Of a stretch of 64,000 nt of DNA, positions 13,562 to 26,049 are shown piece after piece. The stretch is from Dimorphilus gyrociliatus. Taxonomy: Eukaryota > Animalia > Annelida. The stretch covers positions 1,488,001-1,552,000 of the forward strand of contig CAJFCJ010000008.1 in NCBI GenBank assembly GCA_904063045.1, read 5' to 3'. The position numbers and the translations under genes are program-made. Below the pieces are notes generated by a model. That model was not told where the DNA came from and did not search any database. It saw nothing but the letters and a program-made list of their open reading frames with translations. The stretch's first letter is position 1. Every line of letters starts with the position of its first letter.

Positions 13562-14234
13562 ATGGCGGGTAGCGTCCTATGTTTGATTGCATCTCTTGCT
13601 TCGATAGCAACATCTGTTATATTAGTTGTCGTCTTCGGAGTTATGTTTGTCAGACCTTATCTAATCACGAGTAGCTTATCGCAATCTCTTTGTACAGTCG
13701 TTTCCGTATCTGAAGGAAAGTGTTTTGCAATAAACGCAAATGTTACAAGCAGAAATTCTCCAAACAATTTCGCCTCAGCATCACTTGTATTCGACTGGTA
13801 TGCTGCAAATTCGGACAATAAGGTAACAACTTTAAACGTGAAAGTACTAATACTTTGAACTTCATATACTAAATTTCATATACTAGAAATGCTTTTGCCC
13901 ACCTTCCTCTTCATGTAATGGGTTAAAATCGCCAAATCTCGGAGTCGGAAACAACTTGGAGTGCTACTGGTCACCAGAAACTTTTGAAGGCAGATTAGCA
14001 TTAACTCAAGTGACGTCCACTCAAAGCTTAATACATGCTACAGTATGGCCTTGTGCATTATTTGTTACAGGGTTAATTGCTGCTTTCATTCAGTGTTGTC
14101 GCCTGCATTCGTCCGGTGCACTGATTTGTTCCAGATCATTGTCTTCAGTTAGAGATTCTGATATACGTCAGCACCAGATGGAGCCTTTGAATAAAGAGAA
14201 TGAACTCAGCCCTAGACCCCCATTGATTGAATAG
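13562..14234 (+). CDS. Two-TM protein with Cys-rich extracellular loop, KCNMB (BK beta)/TipE-like. Exons 13562-13822, 13887-14234 (202 aa)
   Basis: TM1 followed by VRPY..SLCTVV. Loop has 5 Cys and N-glycan sites. TM2 IHATVWPCALFVTGLI resembles the KCNMB LFWP motif. Phase-0 GT-AG intron. Confidence 0.65.
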
Positions 14235-14422
14235 ATAAATTCTGACTCAAGTTGAAGAAGAAAGACAAATTATGAAATTTTTAATTCTATATCTTTCAAA
14301 TTTTGTTACCGTTAAAAATTTAACTTAATAAAGTTGTAATCATCAGTGTAGCTTACAATCTATTTAACTAAAGTATTAGCGCCTCTAGATTAGAGAGATA
14401 ACAGAAATAAATTCTTGCAGTC

Positions 14423-17273
14423 ATGCAGCGCTTATCATGCAGTAAGTTACCTTTATTTCTCCAAATCCTACTCTATAAATTTCTTAATATACCGTAGGAA
14501 CAGCATAGAAAAGATTTATTTGTATATAGTTATAATATATATATATTAAGTGTTAAAGATCTTGATCTTACGAAAATATACCTAGTGGACAGCAGGAAAT
14601 TTAAAGACGATTATTTTTATTAACGATACAAGCCTGACAACTACTTCAAAATTTCAGTATAGCTGGTAGATTTTCCTTTTATAACAATTAAAATTATACA
14701 GAGAATTTTTATTTTCGTATTTCGATTCGAGTCTTATGAAATTATTTAAATCTTACAGATGATAAACAGATTAAAAGCAAGCAGCAAAGAATTCGGAAGG
14801 CTACAATGCAATGGTAATTGGACCTTAATAATTTAATGTATTCGTGATAACAAGCCTTGTTCCTATTTAGGCTGGAAAATAATTACGAAATACAAACCGG
14901 TTCTTGCTTGGCTAGGTCAACGATTTACAAACACTACTTATTTTTTTGTAAACAGAAGAGTGTCATTCCATTTTGTGCTGCAACTCTTGGTAAAATAGTT
15001 AGAATGAAATTTCCTGAATTGTCAACAAGACGACTTGGAACAAGGGGACATTCAAAATATCATTACTTTGGTTTAGCAATTAGGCCAAACAGCATCCACT
15101 ATAGGCCAAATTCAACAGAGTGTGAAGGCGTTACGAGGTAAAGAAACAAAATAATTAATATTAGTAGCATAGTCTAAATTAAGTACAGATTAAGATAGAA
15201 TCCAGCCAAATGTACAAGATTTTGTAGTCAAGCGAGAATCTTCTTTTTTTTCTTTTTACATTTCTTTAGTAACATAGCTTCTTTTTTAGTTTTTGCTTTT
15301 GAAGAGAAAAATTATGATTTCTGACGTTTAGGCCAGGCTTGAGTTTTCTTTTCCTATCATATTTCATACATTTTGAAATGGATATGTAAGGAATAAAATT
15401 TACAACTTCTCTTATCAACCGTTTAATAGTATTTATTATTTTTTGATTGCTTTATAACTGTAATTCCTTAAAATAATACAGATTTTCGAATCCAACTCAC
15501 GTATATAGTGAGGTAAGTAATTTAGTTGACAAACTACTCATTTTCTTATCAGATTAACACCTTAACGAATGTTGCAAAAACACTTATTCAACTAATTAGC
15601 TTCTTAATTTCTTAGAATCAGGAGTATAGTTTACAAAATCATAGTGGGATCAGCGCGCCCAATCTGTGCTTCGGTTTCAATCGACAGCTATCTGTTGCGG
15701 TAAGTGGAAACTACAAAAATGCTGTAAGCGACGTTTGAAACAAGGAGTATGACGTAGAAACGTTAGCTTCACTCCTTTCGGCTGTCTGTTTCATATTTTT
15801 CTCTTTTTTTTTGCTTTATGTTTTATACAAAAGCATGTTTATGATCAAATTTTCCAAAAAATTTTTCAGACGGCTTCTTTCCTTTCATCCTATCAACAAC
15901 ATCAACAACGTTTATTGAACTTATTAACAAAACACGAGAATATAGACAAGATTTTTCAAGAAATTCATTATTTCTGGAAGACGATTTCAATGCGAACTGA
16001 TAAATCAAATCGTTGTATTGTTTTACAATGCGATGTTTTATTTTACAAACTTTTATCCGAAATTCTTATACCTAGTGATTTACCAGTATTGAAAGACAGT
16101 TTAGTCGATTACGTTAAAACGTTTTTATTTAATTGGCCTATATTCATAGAAAGGTCTATGACTGGAGATATAAAAGACGATAGGCTAAATCTGGCTCGAA
16201 GATTTTGTTCAAAGGTTCATCGACATTTAGTTTTTGCTTCATTCGTTCAAAAAAGTCGTTCCATATTATTCGATGGCGATCAAGTAAGGAATGTCTTAAA
16301 CGATTTGGAGAACGCTATTTCCTGCTTGACTAAAGAATATCACTTTTTAGAGAGTAGTTATACAGTATTAAGCATTAAAGGTAAGTTGTGTAATATTAAT
16401 TGTGTAACTACAAAAATAGACGAAAGGTGGCGATAATAGTGGGGGAAATCTCAGTGATGCGCAGAGTACGCCTACACACCTTTTTCTTGTTAACGGAATA
16501 TTTAAAAGTCTATACATAAAGATACCGATAAATAGTTAAATGTTCAACTTACCAGTTCCTTTTTTTAGTAATAGATAAAAATTGAAATCATAATTGATTG
16601 ATTTCTTAAATAGGATTTATAAAAAGGGACTCCATTTCTTAATAATAAATAGCAATGGAATATTTACTATTCTATTCTTTTTTTACAATTATTTGTATAT
16701 CAAGAAACTTAACAAATTGAAATTACACACAATTTATACATTTAATAATCGTTGGAAACTGTAATTTTTATAGAGTGTTTCCTTCCTTGGTGTTTTTTAT
16801 TTCTAAACAATTGCTATACTTTGAACAGTTCTAGATGAATTTGCTGATACAATTCGCAAAACGGCAACTATTCAAGGATTTATAGATTGTGTTGATGCTA
16901 TTCTGGTACAGAATGTCATGATAATTCACCATACGGATCAATTAGAATTGGGTAAGCAATTGGCATTGGAATGGAATTGGATAGGTATAAGACTATTAAA
17001 AACTATTACAGAGAATAACGCAAAATTTTTCGGTCAGTAGTACATTTATCAAAGGTCTTTAGAAGCTTTATTTTCCAAAAACTGCTTACAGGCGAAATAC
17101 TAACGTTGTGGAACATGTGTTCCGAATATTTAAGATTAGCTTTGTTGGAACATAAAGAAAATTTAGAAGATTATCAATTACAGGAATCTTTAGAAAATCA
17201 TCTTCAAGTTCAATTTGATTCGAAACATCAGAACTACGGAAATATCTCTAATCAATATAATTATTATAATTGA
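14423..17273 (+). CDS. RFX: RFX transcription factor, RFX4/RFX6-like. Exons 14423-14441, 14759-14813, 14871-15137, 15482-15512, 15616-15699, 15870-16380, 16829(or 16835)-17032, 17092-17273 (about 450 aa)
   Basis: DNA-binding domain QWLENNYE...TRRLGTRGHSKYHYFG, followed by TRFS, B/C and dimerisation-like blocks. All eight exons join in phase. Confidence 0.9.
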
Positions 17274-19230
17274 AGAAAACAAGCTTTAGCCATCTGTCGG
17301 ACACCTTTACAAACATTTCTGTATTACATGAGAATTGACATCCGTCATTTTCACTTTATATTTGCTTGGACAATTTGAATTTAATCATAGTATGTTAAAA
17401 TGAATAGCAAAATGTAATTTATACTTTACAAAGAAGTAATATAATTTTAATACTAAATAAAACCTACTTATTTAATACATAATAGTCCTTACTTCCGGTT
17501 GGCATAACTGTAAGAAAAATATTTTGAATAGATATGAAAAGAAAGCATTTATGAGGAAGTCATCATTTATCAAACAAGCCAAACCCAGTAATAAAATTCG
17601 AGTAGTTTCTGAACTAGTTTCTGGGAAATCTATAAAAAAAATACTTCTTGGAATCGTTTACTGGTTACATATCAGATAATCGATATGAGGTGTAAAAAAA
17701 CACAAAATCTCTTTATCTTAATAATATTATTGTGAAATAAATTACTTAACTATGAAACAAAAAAAATGTCAGAAGATATGTAAACTTTTCTTATCTAACG
17801 TAAAAATTCTAAGTACTGTGAGTAATACTGTGGGCGATATTCAAATATTTTTTTACGCTTGTTAATAATTGTCTCTTTGCCAGATTTAAGACTTTTATAG
17901 CGAATTGTTAAATGTTTTAGTAATATTGATAAGAGGAGACAAGAACTTATTAAGTAAGGTGTTCTTTATTCGGGAACTTTCTCTAAATTTATTTAAAATA
18001 ATTTTGAGCTGAACTCTTTTGATATATTTTTATAATGCTTATATAAGGATAAAATTAAACATTTTGTCATTGTAGCCGTATTCAAAAAGTGAATAAAACG
18101 TAATAATGGATAGAATAAATAGTTTTTGTTCAAAATTTCTATTCCTAAATCCAATAATAGTAGCTATTTTAATACACTTAGTAGTGTATTACATGGACTA
18201 TATATATAATAAATAATAACGTTTATTGGCCGATTACAGAGTTATTACTCAGGTTTGATTAATTGTAATATAAAAATTTACAACGAAACAGAAGAAAATA
18301 GTAAAGAGTTTAACAATTTTCAAATAGTGTCTAAAATTTAGATCAGCTTTCACAAAGATAAAGTGAACGTTTTAGGCTGGGTCTAAGTTTCAATATTTTC
18401 ATTATGCAATCAGAAAAAAGAGAGGGAAGAAAAACTCAAAATAGCAGTAATTAAATAAAATTATATCTTACAAAGTCGGATGGTATAGAAATAGGTATAT
18501 ATTAATTTATTCTCTCTCTCTAAATATACAGTATATATACAGAATATATATGTAAATGTAAAATGTATAAATTTATATATATAAATATATAGAATATATT
18601 CTTTCTAAGTAAAAATACTAGATTTACTTCGATTTTTCGTTCTTGGAACGCTAAATGTTTTTTCTTTATTGAGTTTTATCTTTGCGTAGGATACCATTAA
18701 TATTGCAAAGAAGCGTTACATTCAAAAAGCTCAGTAGGTTATTTGACGCTTTATTATCTATGAATATATTTAGTTGTTATATCTATAACTCAATTATTTA
18801 ATATAACCCAATCTACTATATTGTTTATATACTGTATATATATATATAAGTAGAAAATAAAAATTATAGTAATTGAATAGTTATGTATAAGAATACATGC
18901 ACAATTAGAGCATAGAGTATAAATTTAAAAGACTATATTATTTTTAGTAGGTATAGTTCGACCAAAATAGCCTGGTTAAAAGCACTTTTGAAAGAGGATT
19001 TTATACGTAAAAACAGGTCTTTGGCCTGTTGGTTTTCTGTGAAAGACGTTATGTTAACTAGAAAATATTCCCTGTATTATCTTTAAACACAAGAAAGCAC
19101 AACAACTACATAAATGAAAAAGTTAGTTTATTGTGCTTTAAATGCACTTTGTGTTTATTCACGGATATTTACAATATTTACAAAGATTTAATAGATATTT
19201 TTATATAAATTATTTTTTAAATTCGGTACA

Positions 19231-19839
19231 TTAATATGTAGAATAAATACTACTTAAACCGTTTTTTAATAGTAAACTTTTAAATTGAGATTTTCGAGTA
19301 TTCCTCATAATTTCTTCCTTGGCTAAGGACTGGAGACTAGGAACATACTTCCTGTATGGGAAGAGGAGCCTGAAGGAATTTGAATCTGTATAATATGCTT
19401 TTGTATGTTGATGCATGTAATAGCAAACTAAATCTATAAGTGTCCGGAAATGAGGTGCAGCTCTGGATCGGCCCCCATCTTCTAATCGAAAAAGTCCTTC
19501 ATCAGTTAATCTAATGCGAACGTTTATAACATTTCCTTCTTCACTAACACTAATAGTATATAAATAATGAGGATGAGAGCTGGGTCTAATTAAAAATGTT
19601 CCGTTTGGTTGGTTTTCTAACACTCTTGCATTTGACGAATCAAAAAACGAGTAATAGAACGAACAGTTTATCAATTGTTTGTAAGCTTCGCTTAGAGATT
19701 TGATGACAATTGGGTGAGGTATTGTAGAAGATGTCCTAGATATCTCCGTATTCACGTAATTCGAACTCGGCGGCTGTAATTGATCATAGTCCGGAGGACT
19801 CTCTTCTTCTTTCATTTCAACGGATAACGTCAGAGTCAT
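19231..19839 (-). CDS. SOCS: Intronless SOCS/CISH-family protein (SH2 + degenerate SOCS box)
   Basis: SH2 motif GTFLIRPSSHPHYLYTISV, F..LIDLVCYY, C-terminal VPSLQSLAK (BC-box-like). Confidence 0.88.
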   Translation of the reverse strand: MTLTLSVEMKEEESPPDYDQLQPPSSNYVNTEISRTSSTIPHPIVIKSLSEAYKQLINCSFYYSFFDSSNARVLENQPNGTFLIRPSSHPHYLYTISVSEEGNVINVRIRLTDEGLFRLEDGGRSRAAPHFRTLIDLVCYYMHQHTKAYYTDSNSFRLLFPYRKYVPSLQSLAKEEIMRNTRKSQFKSLLLKNGLSSIYSTY

Positions 19840-19889
19840 GTCTAGTTATGCATACAACTGTGTTTCTTTCAGTGTTTACTTATATAGGA

Positions 19890-19924
19890 TTCCCGCGAAG
19901 AGGTTAGGCCGAGAATTCCGAGAA
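19890..19924. promoter_or_regulatory. Candidate STAT (GAS) sites just upstream of SOCS
   Basis: TTCCGAGAA at 19916-19924 and TTCCCGCGAA (N4 spacing) at 19890-19899, 50-85 bp from the ATG. SOCS genes are established STAT feedback targets, but the motif is short and common by chance. Confidence 0.35.
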
Positions 19925-21947
19925 ATTTAATAGGTCTCCCGTTCCTCGTCTGTTTTTAAGAAGAAGTTGTTAAAAGAGTTACACTGCTCTGTGAAACCGT
20001 CAGCGACATCTAGTCTACAGTAAACGAACGCTGCTTTAACGCGGTATAACCTGTTAAATAGTATTCTGTTTATTGAGTAATTTATTAAAATATAAATGGC
20101 CGGTAGGTGGCTACAATAATAAATAAGGGAGCCGTATATTAAAAAAAGGCAACAGTTGCGAATAATAAATAGCCCTTTTTTAGGGATATTGATCGTTTAT
20201 CAACAAAGCGCAGCCATGTTTCACAATTCCTAACTAAATTTCTTTTAAATGCAAATATAATACAACTCGTAAGCACATATGATATTCTTATAGTAAAAGA
20301 TAATAACGATTCCTATTTAAAATACATACATATCTAGTACGTTGGAATTATAATAGAAGAAATTATTCAAAGAGAGGTCCTTTTGCTGCGGAAGAAAATT
20401 ATGTGAACTGGAAAAATATTCTCTCGGGGAGAACGGCCAATGAATTATTCGTGTTGTTCTTGTTTATGGACTTTGCTTTTTTAATATACATAATCCGTAG
20501 AATGTATTAATAACTCATATTAAAATTTATGCTAGTGTTTTCGCTAGATTTTTCGGTCAAGAAGCTGTGCGAATAAAAAATGAAAAATAATTAGTTAAAG
20601 GATATGCCAAATACAATTATCGTACAACAATCCTTAAAAATTCATTAGTAAATAGATAATTATATTTGCCTAATTTTTAACTGTAAAAACCAATTATTAA
20701 TGAATATGTAGATATATTTTTACGTATGCAATAATAAGCGTTTCTAGAGAAATCTAGCCCTGTACTATATTTTAGACATCGTCTATCGATTGGCCGAGGT
20801 GGAAATTTGTTTTTTTACTCGACGCCGAAAACCTAGCGGAGAACTTAAAACTTGCCTGGATTTAATTAACTTTTTTCTTATTCGTTTATATAGAAAAGAA
20901 TATTTTCCATGTTGTTTGAAGAAAGAAATGCAAGTGCAGGAAGAAAGTATCAATTTTATAATATATAAAATCCATTTTAAATAGCAAAAGAATGCATCTT
21001 GTGTAGAATTTCTAGGCCAAAAAAATGATACGAATAATTAATTATCCACAGTATTCGTATTAGCTTCATTTTATCAATATTTTTGTTTTGATTCTTTTCT
21101 ACTTTACAGTTTGATATGTCCTCTTTAGTACAAAAATATGTACAAAAATTGAAATCCAGCAAGAAAGAAAAGGATAAATCGATTATTTTCAATTTAAAAT
21201 GATCAACAAATTCTGTACTGTAAAATCATCTTTTAAGCAAATTTTAAGAAAATAATGCTCTCGTTTAATGACACAGTAATCAATGGTGTCCGAAAATCGT
21301 TTCTCCTGGAAATTCTTGGTTGAGAGAGCAACGTTTGATGAAATATCTTATACAATATAGTATTCTAGAAAAGGGACATCGACTCTTGTAGCCTTTTGAA
21401 CTTTTTTTTAGATTTTTTTGTCAAGACTGTAATATTAAGTTCTGATAAAAGCAATATTAATTTAGTCAAGAAGGAGAATATTATACTCGTAATAAATTGA
21501 ATAGTCTCCTATAACAGATTAAAAATTATACACATATCTAAATTTTCTGATTGGCTATTTTTTAGATCATTTATGTTGAAATTTGTTATCAAAAAGAGAA
21601 ATATGCAGGAAATTTTTGGATAAAATCTTATACAAACTCTATTTTACACAAACTCTAGGCATAGGAGAGCGGGCGAGGAGGAGGAAGGAAAAAAGGTTAA
21701 TAAGTAGACTTTCTCAGAAGAAAATGAAATTGATTGATGAATTCACAAAAAGAACAAGAGATTTTTAGAAAAGCTATCTTTGATAAAATATTGAAACACA
21801 GTGTTTTCATTTAGTATAGGTGAGCGGAATCATTTATTATTAAACTTTATACATCTTTACACATTGTTACTGTCTCTTTCTGTAAAGGAAAGCTTTTCGG
21901 TAAAGTTAATTATTTTACTGAAGTGTTACATTTGTAAAATTAATCAA

Positions 21948-22050
21948 ATATATATATATATATACAGTATATATATATATATATATATATATAAATATAC
22001 AGTATATATACTAAGAGAGAGAGAGAGCATCCATTGGGTAGTATACAGTA
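21948..22050. repeat. Compound (TA)n/(GA)n microsatellite containing three TACAGTA units
   Basis: TACAGTA at 21963, 21998 and 22044 in or beside TA runs; (GA)n at 22015-22027. Confidence 0.85.
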
Positions 22051-24125
22051 TTAAGAAATAGGTATCAATATATATATTTAAAACTATGTAGTATCCAACC
22101 TTGCTGCCATTTTTGTGTCATCTTTCTAACGAATATTTATATAGAAAAGTATTTTCTTTGAAAAAAAAATAAAAACTAATTTAAATTTGAAGTTGTTAAA
22201 ACTCATATACAACATATACAATTTATATATTAATACATACTGTCTTTTTGGCTATATCTATAGAAGGAAAGGAATAAAACTTATTTGAACTTGAACTCTA
22301 CATCTAAAAGGTTATTTAGAGGCACAGTATATAGTATATTTAACAGGATTGTTTATATATTTATCTTCCTCTTATGAAGTATATTTCTATAATTAATTTA
22401 ATTCTGATGAATTTTATCAAAATATATAAGATATAAACGAAAAGTTGGTACTATATTTTTACATTATTTGTAATTTTTAATAAGAGAACATAATGTAATA
22501 TTTACTTGAGTGCTTTTTTAGAGTTTTAGAAATCGTTTCATAATAAAATTTAGAAAAAATAAAAAGATATGGAAGTTTTATTTATAAATACTTATAAAAT
22601 ATATTATTCAGCAACTTTCGATTACCGTGTAATTATAAATTAATAATATTGGAGTATAAAAAACTATAAGGTAAAATATATCGAACATAATAAAAGAGTA
22701 TACACTTCAAATATTTTATGAATATGTTTATAAGGGATTAGAGAAGAACAAAAGGTTATAAGTAATTCTGACAATATTAGATGAAAGCTTATATATAATT
22801 AAGCTAATGAATAGTAAATTCCTCGTGATTAATTAATACTAATGATGTTTTTAAAGAATAAAGAGATGTTTCACGAAAATTATCGATTAAAAACGAATAT
22901 CTATGAATATATAGTTATATTATTATCGTTTCATCAGAATCTTTTATCAAGCGAATCTAAATATATAGTAAAATGAAAATACAAAGTTTAAATGAATAAT
23001 ATACTTAAACTTGAATACTATTTGAAATTACTCTACTCGAAGAATTTACTAAATATTAATATGTGAAAAAAAATACATAGGTGAATATATGTGTATATTT
23101 AGGATTCACAAAAAGAATATATGGATAAATATACAAATAAAAAACTAGGATAATTTATCGTAATATATTTTTGACAATGCTAGCTATAATAATTATCTGA
23201 AAAGTAGTCAATTGGGGTATTCAATACTATATCTATTGAAAATCTAATAACAGTAGACTGACGTAAAAAGATTTAGGTTAAGGCCAATTCTTAGGAATCA
23301 ATTCTCTGCATATGTTCAAGCCGAATAGTAATACAAAATTAATAACTAGTACAAAGGAGATAAAAAAAGATTTTTTCATGGAAGTTATAGAAAGAATATT
23401 TGGACCATATCTGTCTTTTTTCCTGTTATATTCTTATATGACTGCACATATTTAACTTACAGTTACTTGTTTCTCTCATTTTACAATCGTATACTTTTTT
23501 AAAATTTTCCAAGTCAGGCTTTAGTCTGTATTAATGAATGTATGTTGCTTGCGTTTGTATATGCCTGTGTAGTGTGTATTTTACTTCAGCTGCTTTAAAA
23601 CAATTTGTTTTATTAATATTTTTTCTAATTTTTCTACAAATAATAGTTCATTTACAAATGTGAATTATTTATTAAATAGCTACGGGATATATGGGACATA
23701 TAAGCATTAGCAAGATTTTAGAAATTCTGCGTTTGAGAATAGCATAGAGAAAATAAAAAATTCCCATATTGGTTTACCACTTGCCTAGTCGTATCGTGAT
23801 ATAAAAGTAAAACCTACTTATTTTATTTAGATGAAGAAATATAGTTGATCTTTTTGTCATCGATTGAGTACGAATACCTGGAATACATTATGAAAAAGTA
23901 AGCAAGAAGCAAAGGAGAGATACGTTTCCTAATTACTCTTCTTTTTTAAGACAACAAAACAATATTTTTCCCTTCAATAGAATTCTATTTGCTGATATCC
24001 TGTTTAAAGCTCACTTAGAAAGGCTACTAACTCTAAAATACACATTATTCATAACCCAAATACAAAATTAAAAGAAGATATTGCGTAATAATGGAAGCAT
24101 CGATAAATCTAAAAGACTTTTAAGG

Positions 24126-25412
24126 ATGGTAAACTTATTTAAACTCTTTCAGAACTACTCGCTTTTTATTATAGGAAAGTACCTGTTTATAAATATCCTA
24201 CTTGTAATATAAAACCGTTTATAGTCACAAAGTTATGAAAATTGGACCAATAGATGGCACCAACTTTTATAATATTGTTTTATTTTAAAATTCACGTTAG
24301 ATAAAATAGAGTTCATAGAACAAAACTTTTTAAATAAGATAGTAATATCCTCTTTAATATTTGTATAAAATTGTTATCAGATATATTATAACTTAGTCGA
24401 ATAGCGACTGCATTTGCTTGATAAAACACCTCCAAGAAAACATGGCAGAATTTAAACAGACTATGACTGTATGTATAATACTTATTAATTTTAATCTTTA
24501 CCAGTACATTCACATAATAATTAACATTTATAATGTCATTAATTAGTCAGAAAATCATCCAAGGCCTTTAAATGAGCAGGATATTCAAGGTAAAATATTT
24601 CCAGTAATATTATTAATTATAAAAAATAACTAGACTTATTTCTGTGCTATAGAATTAAGAACAGCCTTTAGTATGTTGGATGAAAATGGGGATGGAAAAT
24701 TAAATAAATCTGATATCAGGGTGATGATGAGCAAAATGGGATATGAAGCTAATGAAGAGAATATTGATTTTTTAATTTCAACCGTTGGAAAGTCAGGTAA
24801 TTAAAATAGTTAATTAACTTTGATATTGTATTGTATTACTACGTTATGGATAAAGTAATAAAAATCTATATTTACTCTGCAAATAAATTAGGAAACGATT
24901 TGGAAGAAGATGAATTTATCCATATGATGCAACATGTTAGGAGGCCTAGATCTGATACGCTTTTTAACGCATTTCAAGCTTTCGATTTGAATAAAGATGG
25001 TTTTATTTCAAGAGTAAAATTTTAGTATTTGAACATATATCAATAAACAAAATTTTTTGTATAACTACATATAGGAGGAACTTAAGCAAGGGTTAGCTCA
25101 AATTGGAGAAAACAACAGTGACACTATTGTCGACGCCATGTTGAAAGAAGCAGATAAAGACAAAGATGGTAGAATAAATTATCAAGGTAAAGTAAGAGTA
25201 CTAAATTGACATCAACATAATGTGTATCTATAAATATATAGAATGGAAATTATTTAATCAATCACTTTTCATATATTCTATATCAGACTTAGAATTTAAA
25301 GTATTTATTAGTAGCTGATTTTTTGTATTTCTTTTTGATATTTTTCAAATTTTACATTTTACAAAGAAAAAGTTATCTTTCAACAGAATTCGTTGAAGTT
25401 ATGAAAAAATGA
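24126..25412 (+). CDS. Calmodulin-like EF-hand protein (149 aa). Exons 24126-24128 (ATG only), 24547-24589, 24653-24796, 24892-25013, 25075-25186, 25387-25412
   Basis: EF loops DENGDGKLNKSD, DLNKDGFISREE, DKDKDGRINYQE; EF2 is degenerate. The ATG-only first exon and phase-1 introns resemble canonical calmodulin gene structure. The first exon is inferred. Confidence 0.88.
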
Positions 25413-25540
25413 TGAAAGAATAGTCAAAACTCTTAAGAATAAAGATTATCATTGGATATGCATTTTATAATACTGCGATTATAGCATTTTATTAGTAACT
25501 TGTTCAGTCTTTACATTGATAATTTCCTTCTCTCTTTCCT

Positions 25541-25645
25541 GTCTTTTCTCCCCCCCCCCCTCTCTCTCTCTATAAATATATATATACATGTATATGTATG
25601 CATGTATATATAGTATATATAGTATATATATATATATGTATACAC
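25541..25645. repeat. Compound poly-C/(CT)n/(TA)n microsatellite
   Basis: Read directly from sequence. Confidence 0.85.
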
Positions 25646-26049
25646 ACTTATAACTTGTTTGCAAGGGTTTTTTCCTCCATAGTGTAATTTATAATTTTAG
25701 AACTGAAGCTGGATTAATACTACGTATTAGTATATTGCTTAAGAGTCTTTAACATATCCTACACATAATTGAAAAGCATCTTTAGTTTAATTACAATGTA
25801 TATTTATTTTTCTTCATTTACTTTGTTCGATGTAGTCTTAACAAATGAGAGAAATGCCCCCGCAGACTTTAATTGTTTGATTGCTAAAGAGGCAGAGTCC
25901 GAAGTAAACATTTCCATTTCATTCCATTTCATTCCAAAGAGTTCTTATTTGTTCTATTTATAATCTTACAGTCTTTAGTTAACATTATGCTTTTCTTTTC
26001 CTTTTTCAACTTGCTTATAAGTGAAAGTTTCTAAATTAAATATTGTAGT

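Noticed and set aside
17492-17630. AG/GT-bounded hydrophobic frame on the minus strand (FPETSSETTRILLLGLACL...)
   Set aside because: Could not be linked to a start, stop or other exons.
20790-22061. Short ORFs at 20790, 20977, 21583, 21801; similarly 25479, 29766, 32367, 43565, 56133, 57179, 58586-59663
   Set aside because: Low-complexity AT-rich or microsatellite translations with no splice-compatible partners or motifs.
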